Below, one piece after another: positions 10,364 to 21,492 of a DNA stretch of 64,000 bases; position 1 is the stretch's first letter; the number at the start of each line of letters is the position of its first letter. Position numbers and translations under genes: made by a program. Where the stretch lies: contig JBBSCB010000012.1 in the NCBI GenBank assembly GCA_038250675.1, positions 8,165 through 72,164 of the forward strand, written 5' to 3'. The DNA comes from Gemmatimonadales bacterium (lineage in GTDB: Bacteria; Gemmatimonadota; Gemmatimonadetes; Gemmatimonadales; GWC2-71-9). Below the pieces are notes generated by a model that was not told the origin of the DNA, made no database searches, and was given only the letters and a program-made list of their open reading frames with translations.

Positions 10364-11650
10364 TCAGCGTACCCGCACGCCATCCTTGTAAACCGCCGCG
10401 ACCCGGCGGAGCGCCGTGATGTCCCGGGTGGGGTCGCCCGTCACGGCGACGAGATCGGCCAGGTAACCGGGCACGATCCGCCCCAGCCGATCGTCGACGT
10501 GAAAGGTCCTGGCGTTGCCGCTCGTGGCGGACCGGAGCGCCGCCAGCGGCGTCATGCCGTATTCCACCATGAGCTCGAGTTCGTGTACGTTCTCGCCGTG
10601 GGCAAAGACGCCTACGTCACCCCCGAAACAGATGTTCACGCCCGCATCGAGCGCCGCCTTGAAGCTGGCGTGCTTCTCGGTCACGCTGCGCGGCACCGCC
10701 CCCTGCCCCTTCCTCCAGCCCTGGAAATAATCGGCGTAGGCCTCGCCCGCGGCGAGCGTGGGACAGAGCGTGACGCCGTGCTCCTTCATGAGCCGGAAGA
10801 CATCGGGTGTGCCCGCATCGCCATGCTCGACGGTCTCGACGCCGGCGAGAATCGCGCGGCGCATACCCTCCGCCGTCGTTGCGTGCGCCGCCACCGGGCG
10901 GCCGTAGCCGCGTGCGGTCTCCACTGCCGTGCGCAGCTCGTCGAGGGTGAACGTCGCCATCGCCTGGCCGCTGGGGCCGACGCCGTAGTCGGCGTAGACC
11001 TTTACCCAGTCCGCGCCCCGTCCGATCTGGCTTCGCACCAGCCGCGCGATCTCGTCGCTCCCGCTCGCCTCCTCAGCCCCCTGGGGCGGGTCGAAGGCGT
11101 AGTTGGCCCGGCGGGGCCCGTAGGCGCCGGTCGCCACGATGGCACGGGTGACCACGATCATGCGCGGCCCGGGCACCACCCCGCGCAGGATGGCGCGCTT
11201 GAGCTGCACGTCGTTGTCCAGCGCGCCCTCGGTTCCCAGATCACGCGTCGTGGTAACGCCGGCGCGGAGCGTCGCCGCGGCGTGCGCGACCGCTTCCGCC
11301 ATCCGGTAGCCCAGCGGCTCCTTCAGCACCTGATCGTCCCAGAGCGTCTCGTTGTACGGGTGCAGAAAGAGATGCGAATGTCCCTCGATCAGGCCCGGTA
11401 TGAGCGTCGTGCCCGGCAGCACGATACGCTCGGCGCCGGCGGCAGCGACGCGGTCGGCCGGGCCCGCCGCCTCGATCCGATTCCCGGCAAGCATCACCAC
11501 CCAGCCGCGCTCGGGGGCGTTGGCCGCGCCGTCCCAGACGGCATCGGGCACCAGGAGCACATGGCGCGTGGAGTCGGCGGCACGAGCCGGCTGCTGGGCG
11601 AGCGCAGGAACGGCACAGGCGAGGAGCAACGCGAGGGGACGGCACATCAT
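10364..11650 (-). CDS. Secreted amidohydrolase (Xaa-Pro dipeptidase-like)
   Basis: Signal peptide; [45 protein letters not shown]. Confidence 0.88.
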   Translation of the reverse strand: MMCRPLALLLACAVPALAQQPARAADSTRHVLLVPDAVWDGAANAPERGWVVMLAGNRIEAAGPADRVAAAGAERIVLPGTTLIPGLIEGHSHLFLHPYNETLWDDQVLKEPLGYRMAEAVAHAAATLRAGVTTTRDLGTEGALDNDVQLKRAILRGVVPGPRMIVVTRAIVATGAYGPRRANYAFDPPQGAEEASGSDEIARLVRSQIGRGADWVKVYADYGVGPSGQAMATFTLDELRTAVETARGYGRPVAAHATTAEGMRRAILAGVETVEHGDAGTPDVFRLMKEHGVTLCPTLAAGEAYADYFQGWRKGQGAVPRSVTEKHASFKAALDAGVNICFGGDVGVFAHGENVHELELMVEYGMTPLAALRSATSGNARTFHVDDRLGRIVPGYLADLVAVTGDPTRDITALRRVAAVYKDGVRVR

Positions 11651-11742
11651 ATGAGAATCCTGGCGGCTGGGGTGATACAATTTACGCCGTCGGCAGCGAG
11701 GCGCACCGGGCCCGCCCCTTTTCCCTGGCGAACGGACATCCG

Positions 11743-12204
11743 ATGACATTGCGAGAGGCACGACCCGACGACTGGCCCGCGATCGAGGAGCTCACGCGGC
11801 GCCTCGCCGATTTTGAGCGTCCACCGGGTCGCACCGCCCGCGAGATCTCGGTGGCGGATCACGCCATCCTTCGGGCGCAGTTCGCCGCTCCCGATGCCGC
11901 GGTGCTGTTTCTGGTGTGGGCTGCGCCTGACGGAGAGGTGCTGGGTACCGTGTTTGCCAACACCCGGCGCGACTACTTCACCGGAAATGCGCACGCCTAT
12001 GTCGAGGTCCTGGCTGTGGCCGAGTGGGCCGCCGGCCGCGGGGTGGCGCGGGCGCTGATGGAAGCGGTGGAGGCGTGGGGACGTGGGCTGGGCATGGTGC
12101 GGGTGGATCTCTCGGTGTTCGCGGCCAATCGCCGGGCACGCGGGCTGTACGAGCACCTGGGGTACCACGCAGAAATCGTGAGGTACGCCAAGCCGCTCGG
12201 GTAG
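11743..12204 (+). CDS. GNAT family N-acetyltransferase
   Basis: [17 protein letters not shown] acetyl-CoA motif; [13 protein letters not shown]. Confidence 0.88.
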   Translation: MTLREARPDDWPAIEELTRRLADFERPPGRTAREISVADHAILRAQFAAPDAAVLFLVWAAPDGEVLGTVFANTRRDYFTGNAHAYVEVLAVAEWAAGRGVARALMEAVEAWGRGLGMVRVDLSVFAANRRARGLYEHLGYHAEIVRYAKPLG

Positions 12205-12287
12205 CGGATCGCATCGACGACCCTCATACATGCAACCTTCTTCCGGCAAAGGGCGTCATATGTGAAGACACCTTCCGGGACTCGTGC

Positions 12288-14984
12288 ATGCGCGGTTACT
12301 TCGGAATCGTCGCGGCGCTCGCCGCGGCCGGGCCGCTCTGTGCCCAGCAGGCCGCCATCCATCCAACGCCACCGCCCCAGGTCGGTGCCGTGCGGCTGTC
12401 CACTCCGATCACGCTCGATGGCCGCCTCGATGAGGAGGCCTGGCATACCGCGCCCGCCGCCAGCGGCTTCCTCCAGAGCCAGCCGCATCAGGGCGAGCCA
12501 GCGGTCGAGCGCACCGAGGTCCGGTTCGCCTTCGACGACGAGGCGCTCTACATCGGTGCGCGGATGTACGACACGGAGGGGGCGCGTGGCGTGCAGACCC
12601 GGCTGGTCCGCCGCGATGCCGAAGCCGATGCCGACTTCCTCGAGATCATCTTTGACACGTTCCACGATCACCTCGGTCGCACCATCCTTCAGGTCAATCC
12701 ATCGGGCGTCCGCACCGACGCGTACGGGCCGGGCGGCTCGAATCCCGATCCCTCATGGGACCCGATCTGGACGGTGCGGACCCGGATCGACTCGCTCGGC
12801 TGGACCGCCGAGATCCGCATCCCCTTCTCGCAGGTCCGCTACCCAGGGACTCCGGACCAGACCTGGGGGCTTGAGATCTGGCGCCAGGAAAATCGCACCA
12901 ACGAGTTGTCGCAGTGGTCGTTCTGGCGGCTCAACGAGAGCGGCGGCCCCCAGCGCTTTGGCCACCTCACCGGCCTGAAGATCTCGGCCTCGCCGGAGCG
13001 CGCGGAAATCCTGCCGTACGTCGTGGGCCGCTCCAGCAACCACCCGGCCGGCGACCCGGCCGACCCTTTCAACGACCCCCACAAGCTGGACGGGCGCATC
13101 GGTGTGGACGGGAAGGTGCTGCTCACGTCCAACCTCACCCTCAACGCGACAATCAATCCGGACTTTGGCCAGGTGGAGGTGGATCCGGCGGTGGTGAACC
13201 TGAGCGCATTCGAGACCTTCTTCGACGAGCGGCGGCCATTCTTCGTCGAGGGATCGGGGCTGTTCTCGTTCGGCGGGTTCAACTGCTTCTTCTGCTCCAA
13301 CGTGTCGGGCCTGTCGCTCTTCTACTCCCGCCGGATCGGCCGGAGCCCACAAAGCGCCGGCAATGCCTTCGCCGCCGGGCCCTACGCCGATGTGCCGGGA
13401 AACAGCACCATTCTCGGCGCCGCCAAGCTGACGGGGCGGACCCAGTCGGGCTGGTCCATCGGCGTGCTGGACGCGCTGACCGGCCAGGCCGACGCGACAG
13501 TGGCCCAGACCGACGGCAGTCGGAGAAGCGTCACCGTCGAGCCGCTGACCAACTACTTCGTGGCGCGTCTGGCCCGCGACCTCCGCGGCGGCAGCACCGT
13601 GATCCGGGGCATGGCCACGTCGGTCGTGCGGCGGCTCAACGATCCGCTCCTGGCGCGCGACCTGGGCAGCCACTCCGAGACCGCCGGGCTCTCGACCGAC
13701 TGGTGGTTCGGGAAGCGGGAGTACCGGCTGATGGCCCAGGCGGCGGTGAGCGACGTGAGCGGGTCCGCCACCGCGATCAATCGGCTGCAGCGCTCCAGCG
13801 CGCGGTACTTCCAGCGGCCCGATCGCGGCAATGGATCGAATGCCGTGTTCAGCAGTGCGTACGATTCAACGGCCACCTCGCTCCACGGCTATGCGGCCTA
13901 CGTGCGGTTCGGCAAGGCGGCGGGCGACTGGCTCTGGGAAGCGCAGACCAACATCCGCTCGCCCGGCTTCGAGAACAACGACATCGGGTTCCTCACCCGC
14001 GCCGGCTACATCTGGATGGGCGGCAACGTGCTGCGCCAGTACACCGAGCCGACCCGGACCTATCGCTCGCTGAATTTCACCGCCGGCGGCCAGCAACAAT
14101 TCAATTACGACTGGGACCGGACCGACCGTCAAACCCAGCTCTACGGCTCGATGCAGGCACTCAACTACTGGCAGGGATCGGCGTTCTGGATCCATCGGTG
14201 GACCAATCTCGATGACGGACTCACCCGCGGCGGCCCGGTGGTGAAGCGTCAGGGGTCCGATTTCTTCGAGAGCTCGATCTCGAGCGATTCGCGCAAAAGC
14301 GTGGTCATCAACACCGACGCGTCATACGGCATCGGCCGTGAGGGAACCCATGGCTGGTCGGTGAGCACTGTGCTGCAGTGGCGGCCGGTGTCCAATCTCC
14401 TGCTTTCGGCGGGCCCCGGGTACAGCTACGACGAGACCCCGGCCCAGTACGTCACCGCGGTGAATGATCCAACTGCGACGGCGTTCTACGGCCGGCGCTA
14501 CGTTTTTGCCAGCGTCGCCCAGCGAACGCTCTCCATGGACACACGGGTCAACGTCACCTTCACGCCCAATCTGACGCTCGAGCTGTTCGCGCAACCGTTC
14601 GTCGCAAGCGGCGCGTACGACCGATACAAGGAATTCGCCGCGCCACGGGAACTACGAAAGGTGGTGTACGGTCAGGACGCCGGTACGATTACGTCGGCCG
14701 ACAACAACGGCACCCGGCAGTTCACGGTGGATCCGGACGGCGGCGGCCCGGCGGCGCCGTTCACCTTCAACGATCCCAACTTCACGGTGCGCTCACTCCG
14801 CGGCAACGCCGTGCTCCGCTGGGAGTACCGGCCGGGCTCGACCCTCTTCCTGGTCTGGACCCAGTCGCGCGGGGACCAGCTGGCGGCAGGGAATCTCCAG
14901 GTGGGGCGCGACGTCGGCGCGCTCTTCAGCGCACCGGCCGAAAACATCTTCCTGGTTAAGGTCAACTGGTGGCTGGGACTGTGA
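12288..14984 (+). CDS. Secreted/outer-membrane CBM9-like + DUF5916-like protein
   Basis: Signal peptide; ITLDGRLDEEAW, GWTAEIRIPF, INPDFGQVEVD, FFDERRPFFVEG, LRWEYRPGSTLFLVW. Confidence 0.8.
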   Translation: MRGYFGIVAALAAAGPLCAQQAAIHPTPPPQVGAVRLSTPITLDGRLDEEAWHTAPAASGFLQSQPHQGEPAVERTEVRFAFDDEALYIGARMYDTEGARGVQTRLVRRDAEADADFLEIIFDTFHDHLGRTILQVNPSGVRTDAYGPGGSNPDPSWDPIWTVRTRIDSLGWTAEIRIPFSQVRYPGTPDQTWGLEIWRQENRTNELSQWSFWRLNESGGPQRFGHLTGLKISASPERAEILPYVVGRSSNHPAGDPADPFNDPHKLDGRIGVDGKVLLTSNLTLNATINPDFGQVEVDPAVVNLSAFETFFDERRPFFVEGSGLFSFGGFNCFFCSNVSGLSLFYSRRIGRSPQSAGNAFAAGPYADVPGNSTILGAAKLTGRTQSGWSIGVLDALTGQADATVAQTDGSRRSVTVEPLTNYFVARLARDLRGGSTVIRGMATSVVRRLNDPLLARDLGSHSETAGLSTDWWFGKREYRLMAQAAVSDVSGSATAINRLQRSSARYFQRPDRGNGSNAVFSSAYDSTATSLHGYAAYVRFGKAAGDWLWEAQTNIRSPGFENNDIGFLTRAGYIWMGGNVLRQYTEPTRTYRSLNFTAGGQQQFNYDWDRTDRQTQLYGSMQALNYWQGSAFWIHRWTNLDDGLTRGGPVVKRQGSDFFESSISSDSRKSVVINTDASYGIGREGTHGWSVSTVLQWRPVSNLLLSAGPGYSYDETPAQYVTAVNDPTATAFYGRRYVFASVAQRTLSMDTRVNVTFTPNLTLELFAQPFVASGAYDRYKEFAAPRELRKVVYGQDAGTITSADNNGTRQFTVDPDGGGPAAPFTFNDPNFTVRSLRGNAVLRWEYRPGSTLFLVWTQSRGDQLAAGNLQVGRDVGALFSAPAENIFLVKVNWWLGL

Positions 14985-15003
14985 GGCGGACGGTGGCGTT
15001 CCG

Positions 15004-15633
15004 CTAATCCAGGAAGGTCCGCGTGCGGACGTGCGCGACGTCCACGATGCGCTCGCCCTCGGCGGTCACGATGGCGAGCGCCCGCTCGGTACTCCAGCGG
15101 GAGTCCACCAGATACCACACGTTTTCATCCAGCATGCGGTAGGCCCAGGCAAAGGCGGGCCGCACCCGGGCCTCGATCCGGAGCCCGTGCGGCCGCTCGG
15201 CGTGGATCGGCTGGTTCTGGTAGTCGGTGAGGAGCGTCAGCAGCTCATCGTCGGAAAAGGCGTCCAGATTGGGGCGGCCACTTGGCACGAGCGCGTATGC
15301 CCCGATGGACGAGACGAATCGCAGCCACCGCGTCGTCACGCCGTCCTGGTCGAACGGCACCATTCCGGCCACCCATTGCGTGCCGTCCGGGTTCCGCAGA
15401 ATCCGCGCGCCGTCGCCGCGGCAGAGCTCCACCATGCTCGGTGCCAGCGGAATGTAGGTTTCGGCGTCGTCCGGCATCGCGTCGAACGGCCGCACGAGGA
15501 TCCGCCCGTCCGGCAGCGCCGGGGTGAGCCCGTCGCCCAGCACGTCGTACCACGCGCCGTGCGCAAGATGGTAGACGTCAGGCGCGTCGAGCCGCAGTCG
15601 TGCCCGCGTCTGCGGGCGTCCCGGGAGCGTCAA
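15004..15633 (-). CDS. Hypothetical protein (209 aa)
   Basis: TTG start overlaps the TGA stop of the upstream lipoprotein (TTGA coupling); globular composition. Confidence 0.6.
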   Translation of the reverse strand: MTLPGRPQTRARLRLDAPDVYHLAHGAWYDVLGDGLTPALPDGRILVRPFDAMPDDAETYIPLAPSMVELCRGDGARILRNPDGTQWVAGMVPFDQDGVTTRWLRFVSSIGAYALVPSGRPNLDAFSDDELLTLLTDYQNQPIHAERPHGLRIEARVRPAFAWAYRMLDENVWYLVDSRWSTERALAIVTAEGERIVDVAHVRTRTFLD

Positions 15634-16415
15634 TACGACACCGCGTAGCGGCTGAAGCCGGGAATGTCGGCGCGAACCGTCTGGGTCGATGGGGCAATGG
15701 CGGAGGCCAGCCGCAGGAACAGCCCGCCGGCCGTCGCCTGGTGCCAGATGCCGAAGTGGGCCACCAGCGCCGAATCGGCCGCGTCCACCTGGCCGTCCTG
15801 ATTCAGGTCGCCGCCGGCCACCCCGTAGTTGATCCGGAGCTCCGCCGGCTTTGACGCCGTGAAGCGGAGACCGGACGGCTCAAACTCGAAGAGGAGCTGT
15901 GTGCGATCCACCAGCCGGACCGTGATCAGCACGGAATCGCCGGCCACGAACGGGCGACCGTCCGGCCATGCGAGCAGCGAGTTCTTCCAGACAGTCAGCC
16001 GCACGTACTCCGAGCCCAGCGGCGAGCCGGGCGCGCCGGCATCCTGATTTCCGTTGCCGTTGCCGCCATTCCCATTTCCATCCCCGTGGCCGTGGCCGTC
16101 GTCATGCTCGTGGTCTCCGCCGTCGAACGCCGGCGATCCCGCCGGGTTGGCAAAGAACAGGCTCACGCTGCGGTCCTGGTCGTTCCGCGCATAGAAGCTC
16201 GCGGTGTCGTAGACGGGAGCAGGTGCCGAGGCGGACACCGCCACTGGGTGCATGGCCGTATCGGGCAGCTCGACGGGACCGAGTGGGGTCGTTGCGGTGA
16301 ACGTTTCCGGCGACGAGGGAGCGCCCGAACTCGGACTGAAGCCGTCCGAGGCGCAGGCCGCCACAGCGGCCAGTGTCAGGACGAGGATGGCGCGGTGACA
16401 GGATACGGCGGACAT
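15630..16415 (-). CDS. Hypothetical lipoprotein with His/Gly-Asn-rich insert and an EF-hand-like loop
   Basis: Lipobox VAAC; GDHEHDDGHGHGDGNGNGGNGNGN; GDLNQDGQVDAAD. Confidence 0.7.
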   Translation of the reverse strand: MSAVSCHRAILVLTLAAVAACASDGFSPSSGAPSSPETFTATTPLGPVELPDTAMHPVAVSASAPAPVYDTASFYARNDQDRSVSLFFANPAGSPAFDGGDHEHDDGHGHGDGNGNGGNGNGNQDAGAPGSPLGSEYVRLTVWKNSLLAWPDGRPFVAGDSVLITVRLVDRTQLLFEFEPSGLRFTASKPAELRINYGVAGGDLNQDGQVDAADSALVAHFGIWHQATAGGLFLRLASAIAPSTQTVRADIPGFSRYAVSY

Positions 16416-16976
16416 CGGGTCTTTCCTTTCAGCCAGCGGGCTCAACGAAAGAAACGCGGTACCTCCACAGGGCACTGGGGCCGAGGGAAGCACCGCGCGA
16501 GGCGCGTTGCGGATCCACCTTCGGCACCGAGCTATCTCGCGGCGACGATCGCCCCTCGAGACCTCAAGTTTTGCGGCCCCGGATCACTCCGGGTGTGCTC
16601 TTATCGGGTAGAACTATTTTTTTGACCATGGCAACGACTGTCGCTGCCGGGCCGATGGATATGCAAAAAGGAAACCGCGGCCGGCCGCGGGAGTGACCCG
16701 TTTCTTGACACGCCAACGTCTGCAGCCAGCCAAGTCCAAGCGGGAGCGGGCGCTGGGCCGCGCACGCGCCTGGTCGCGCTGCGCATAACCGTCGCGAAGG
16801 CAGTCAGCGGCAGCGCCATCGGCGGGGCGATGCGTCTGACCGCGCTGCACCGATTCGGTCAGGGTGCCGCACCAGTGCCGCGACACCGTTGTCCGCCGGC
16901 TTTCATTATGTTTCCGATCGTTGCCGTCCTGCGCCCGCCAGTCACCGGCTGACCACACGAGACAGGGGTACTCGAA

Positions 16977-19900
16977 GTGACGCCTCATACGCCCGGTCAG
17001 CCCACCTGGCCGTCGCCCCGCCTTGAGCGGGCCCGTGATCTACGCGGCCGCCCGGCACTGGCTTATCCGCTGGCGGTTGTGCTGATCGTCGCCGCCACGC
17101 TCCTGCGCCAGTTCCTGAGCCGCTGGATCGGTCCGGTCGACCTGCCGTTCCTCACCCTGTTTCCCGCCCTCATCATTGCGGCCTGGCTGCTCGGTTCCGG
17201 GCCGACACTTCTGGCGCTGGTGCTGGGGCTCGCGAGCGCCGACTTCTTCTTTCTCGCACCAGTGGGCACCTTCTTCCAGTGGACGCCGGTATCGCTCGTC
17301 GGCCTCACCATGTTCGCGGTCGTTGGCGTGGGGCTCGCGGTCCTCGGCGATCGCGAGCACCGCGCCCGGCGAGCCGCCGAGCTCCAGGCGGACGAGAACA
17401 TCCGGCTCCGCGACCTGGCCGAGGAAGCGGCCTCGCAGGCGGAAGAGGAAGCGTCGCGCGCCGAGGAAGAAGGGATGCGCGCCGAGGAGAATGCGGAGCA
17501 GGCTCGCGCACTGGTGGCGGAACGGGAGCAGGGCGCAGCCGCACTCCGCTTTCTGGGTGAGGCCAGCGCCGCCCTCGGTGGATCGCTCGAGTACGAGACC
17601 ACGCTCGCGACGGTCGCGCGCCTCGCGATCCCCGCCCTGGCCGACTGGTGCGCCATCGACCTGGCGCAGCCCGACGGCACGCTGCGCCGAATCGCCATCA
17701 CGCATGTCGACCCCGCACGAGAGGCCTGGGGCTGGGAGCTGGAGCGACGCTTTCCGCCCCAGCCGGGCGAAGGGGGCTCGTACGACGTGCTCCGCAACGG
17801 CCAGTCACGATACGTGCCGGACATCACACCCGACATGCTCGACATGCCCGGCCGCGACCCGGAGTACCTCCGAATTCTTCGCGAGCTGGGACTCGTTTCC
17901 TATATCGGCGTGCCGCTGATCGCGCACGGCGCGGTGTTCGGCGTTCTGAGCTTCCTGATGTCCGAATCGGGCCGGCACTATACCTCCAGCGACCTGCGGC
18001 TCGCCGAGGTGCTGGGTGAGCGCGCCGCCGTGGCGGTGGACAACGCGCAGCGTCACCGGGAATCGGTCGAGAGCGTCAACATGCTGCAGGCAGTCCTCGC
18101 GGCATCACCGGTGGGGCAGGCCTTTGTGGACCAGGAGCTTCGCTATGTCCAGGTCAACCCGGCGCTGGCCGCGTTGCATGGCGTGCCGGTCGAGACGCAT
18201 GCCGACCGCCGGATTCGTGATGTGCTCCCCGCGTGGGCCGAGGTGCTGGAGCCGCTGCACCGCCAGGTCTTCGAGACCGGCCAGCCGATCCTCGACCACG
18301 CGATCACCGTCGCGGCACCCAGTGGCGGCGACTACGAACTGATGGTGAGCTGCTTTCCGGTCCGGGACGCGGAAGGTGTCATCCGCTGGGTCGGCGTCAC
18401 CAAGGCCGATGTCACCGAGCAGCGTGCCGGCGTGCGCGCGCTCAGGGCCAGCGAGGCCCGGCTCCGCCGCGTCGTGGAATCGCCGCTCATCGGCATCGGT
18501 TTCTATGATCACGATGGGCGGATCACCGGCGCCAACGGCGCGTTGTGCGATCTCCTGGGGTATACGCCCCGGGAGATCGAGGCGGGAGCGCTCCGCTGGG
18601 ACACGAATCTGACACCGCCGGAGTTTCGCGACCGGGACGAGCGCGCCGCCCGGGAAATCCGGGAGACAGGCGCGAGCCGCGCGTACGAGAAGGAGATGCT
18701 GCGGAAGGACGGCTCGCGCGTACCGGTGCTGGTCGGCGGCAGCCGGCTCGACGAGGAGGGCAACGCCGGCGTGTTCTACGTGCTCGATCTCACCGAGCGC
18801 CGCCGGGTGGAGGAGCAGGCGCAGGCAGCGCAGCGGCTCGAGGCGGTCGGCCGGCTGGCCGGCGGCGTGGCACACGAGATCAACAACGCACTGCAGGGCG
18901 TGATCGGCTTCAATGGCTTCATCCTCAATCGCACCCGGCCCGGCGAGCCGCTCCGGGACGACGCCGAGAAGGTGCAACGCTCGGCGGAGCGGGCGGCGCG
19001 GATCACCCAGCAGCTGCTGGCCTACAGCCGCCGCCAGGTGCTCCAGCAGGTGGACCTCGACCTCACGCGGGTGGTGAACGACTTCTCGCCGATGCTGCGC
19101 CAGGCGCTTGGGCCCGATCGGGATTTGGTGGTGACCCACCCCCGCGGCGCCGCCATGGTGCACGCCGACCGCACCCAGTTGGAGCAGGTGCTGCTCAATC
19201 TCGCCCTCAACGCACGCGACGCCATGGTCGATGGCGGCCGGCTCACCATCGCGATCGAGCGGACTGCGGTGTCCCAGTTCCGGCCGTCTCAGCACGGCGG
19301 CGGACGGCTGGAGCCGGGCGACTACGTCCAGCTCACCGTGACCGACGCCGGCATCGGCATGGATCCGGCCACGCGCGCGCGGGTCTTCGAACCGTTCTTC
19401 ACCACCAAGCCGGTCGGCCACGGCACCGGGCTCGGGCTGTCGGTGGTGCATGGCATCGTCCGGCAGACCGGCGGCCATGTCTGGATCTACGGTGAGCCGG
19501 GTGAGGGCACGACGGTGAGCATCCTGCTCCCGGACGCCGGCGTCGCCGCGGCTGACCGCGAGGCGACGCTCGCCGACGCCCGCGCGAACGCCGTCTCGCC
19601 CGCCGGCGGCAGCGAGCGCATTCTCGTGGTGGACGATGAGCCGGTCGTGCTGGGGTATCTGGCGGAGCTGCTGCGGAAGGCGGGATACGAGGTGCTCCAG
19701 GCGACCCACGGCGAGCAGGCGCTCGAGCTGTTTCGCGCGCGATCCGACGGAGCCGAGCCGGCGGCGCTCGTGATCACCGATCTCGTGATGCCGGGTATCG
19801 GAGGCCGCGCGCTGGGCGAGGCGCTGGCCGCGGTCGCGCCCGGGGTGCCGATCCTCTACTCCTCGGGGTACACCGGCGACGAAGTGGCCCGGCGCGGACT

Positions 19901-20000
19901 GATCGCGGAGGGCTCGGAGTTCATGCCGAAGCCGTTCCTGCCCGATGAACTGTTATTGCGAGTGCGGCAGATGCTGGACCGGCGCGGGGGCGACGAGTAG
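16977..20000 (+). CDS. Hybrid sensor histidine kinase/response regulator (membrane DUF4118-like, GAF, 2x PAS, HisKA, HATPase, REC)
   Basis: AGGVAHEINN, LNLALNARDAM, DAGIGM, FFTTKPVGHGTGLGL, ILVVDDE, TDLVMPG, KPF. Confidence 0.93.
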   Translation: MTPHTPGQPTWPSPRLERARDLRGRPALAYPLAVVLIVAATLLRQFLSRWIGPVDLPFLTLFPALIIAAWLLGSGPTLLALVLGLASADFFFLAPVGTFFQWTPVSLVGLTMFAVVGVGLAVLGDREHRARRAAELQADENIRLRDLAEEAASQAEEEASRAEEEGMRAEENAEQARALVAEREQGAAALRFLGEASAALGGSLEYETTLATVARLAIPALADWCAIDLAQPDGTLRRIAITHVDPAREAWGWELERRFPPQPGEGGSYDVLRNGQSRYVPDITPDMLDMPGRDPEYLRILRELGLVSYIGVPLIAHGAVFGVLSFLMSESGRHYTSSDLRLAEVLGERAAVAVDNAQRHRESVESVNMLQAVLAASPVGQAFVDQELRYVQVNPALAALHGVPVETHADRRIRDVLPAWAEVLEPLHRQVFETGQPILDHAITVAAPSGGDYELMVSCFPVRDAEGVIRWVGVTKADVTEQRAGVRALRASEARLRRVVESPLIGIGFYDHDGRITGANGALCDLLGYTPREIEAGALRWDTNLTPPEFRDRDERAAREIRETGASRAYEKEMLRKDGSRVPVLVGGSRLDEEGNAGVFYVLDLTERRRVEEQAQAAQRLEAVGRLAGGVAHEINNALQGVIGFNGFILNRTRPGEPLRDDAEKVQRSAERAARITQQLLAYSRRQVLQQVDLDLTRVVNDFSPMLRQALGPDRDLVVTHPRGAAMVHADRTQLEQVLLNLALNARDAMVDGGRLTIAIERTAVSQFRPSQHGGGRLEPGDYVQLTVTDAGIGMDPATRARVFEPFFTTKPVGHGTGLGLSVVHGIVRQTGGHVWIYGEPGEGTTVSILLPDAGVAAADREATLADARANAVSPAGGSERILVVDDEPVVLGYLAELLRKAGYEVLQATHGEQALELFRARSDGAEPAALVITDLVMPGIGGRALGEALAAVAPGVPILYSSGYTGDEVARRGLIAEGSEFMPKPFLPDELLLRVRQMLDRRGGDE

Positions 20001-20108
20001 CCAAGACTGATCTCGCCGCACCGGGGCAACTTGCCTCGCCATGGCGAACGGCGTGGACACGATCCAGGAGGCCACCTTTGGCGCGGCTGCGGGAACAGTC
20101 GGGCTGAT

Positions 20109-21278
20109 TCAGCTGCCCGGCACAATCTCGGGCGAGGCCGCGTCGCTGTGGCCTTGTCCCAACTGGCCCTCGGTACCGCGTCCCCAGCAGTACAGTGATC
20201 CGTCGGTCGAGGTGCCGCAGTAGTTGCTGCCGCCGCCAACGATTGAAGCGAATCGCAGCGTGCCGGTGATTTGCGTCGGCTCGTCGTAACGGCCATGGAA
20301 TGTGGGATCACCGCTTGCCAGCTCGCTCGCCACGTCCGCCCCCCAGCACAGGACCCGCCCCTGAGTGTCGAGCCCGCATGCCGAGAAGCGCGCAGCGCGA
20401 ATCGCAGTGAAGTGATGCGCGCCGTTCACCGGCACCGGGTGATCGGCCTCGAGTATGGCCGGCCCGGCACCGACGGCGTCGATTCCCCAGCAGTACGCGA
20501 CATCATCGCGCCCGATGCCGCAGGTGTGATATCCGCCAGCACTGAGTGATGCAAAGCGCAGTGCACCTCCGAATGACTGCGTGTCCGGCAGAAAAGCGGC
20601 ATTATTGTGCTGGCCCGCGACCGGCAGCCCGTTGTACCCCCAGCAGACGGCACGCCCGCCAAGGTCGATGCCGCAAACGTGGGCATACCCCGTGGTGATG
20701 CTGGTGAACGAAACTCCGGCCGCGGCCCGGATCGGTGTGGGCGAGCAGCGAATGCCGCCGCAGGTCGTATCTTCGCGGCTGCCGAGCTGGCCCTGATCGT
20801 TCAGTCCCCAGCAATAGGCGCCGCCATCGGTCGCGATGCCGCAGGTGAAGTTCCGGCTGGCGGCGAGTGAGCGGAAGCGGATCGCGGTGTTGACCGCGAC
20901 CGGGCTCGCGCGGCACGTCGCGGCGCCGCACACCGCGCCGGCCTGGTCACCGGTGCCGAGCTCTCCGTAGCCATTCGAGCCCCAGCACCAGGCCGTGCCA
21001 TCGGCGTCCAGCGCGCAGGTATGTGTGGTGCCGGCGGCCAGCGATGTGAACGCCGCGCCGGACGTCAGGGCGGTGGGTGGCGCATCGGCCGGCGTAGTTC
21101 CGATGCCAAGCTGCCCCTCCGCCCCGCGGCCCCAGCAGCGGGTACCGGCAGCGGTGATCTGGCAGCTATGCGTGGGGCCGATGGCGAGCGCGGCCGCACC
21201 GGCGCCGCCGGATGGACCGGTGGAATCGCCGCACGCGGCGCCAAGGCAGGCGATGACGCAGAAGATTGAATTGCGCAT
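20109..21278 (-). CDS. RCC1-repeat lipoprotein
   Basis: Lipobox GAAC; repeated HTC..DG.AxCWG.N..GQLG units. Confidence 0.88.
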   Translation of the reverse strand: MRNSIFCVIACLGAACGDSTGPSGGAGAAALAIGPTHSCQITAAGTRCWGRGAEGQLGIGTTPADAPPTALTSGAAFTSLAAGTTHTCALDADGTAWCWGSNGYGELGTGDQAGAVCGAATCRASPVAVNTAIRFRSLAASRNFTCGIATDGGAYCWGLNDQGQLGSREDTTCGGIRCSPTPIRAAAGVSFTSITTGYAHVCGIDLGGRAVCWGYNGLPVAGQHNNAAFLPDTQSFGGALRFASLSAGGYHTCGIGRDDVAYCWGIDAVGAGPAILEADHPVPVNGAHHFTAIRAARFSACGLDTQGRVLCWGADVASELASGDPTFHGRYDEPTQITGTLRFASIVGGGSNYCGTSTDGSLYCWGRGTEGQLGQGHSDAASPEIVPGS

Positions 21279-21492
21279 GCCGGGTGAGACGAGCGGGCGG
21301 CATCGGCTCGCACACGTGGGCTCGCTCCCGCGCGCTATCCCTCGCTGAGCCCCGCACTCACCCGGAACGTGTGCCCGTCCGGGTGCCTCAGGTGAAACTC
21401 GCGCACATTCCACGGCTCGGGGCCGCCGCGTGATCCCTGCGCGCCGAGGCACAGCAAGATCTCGACGGCGCCACTGCCCACCGCGCCGAACG

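Noticed and set aside
16420-16976. Long intergenic region as ncRNA or small gene
   Set aside because: No recognisable RNA motif or convincing ORF; the AT-rich patch near 16600-16670 is consistent with divergent promoters
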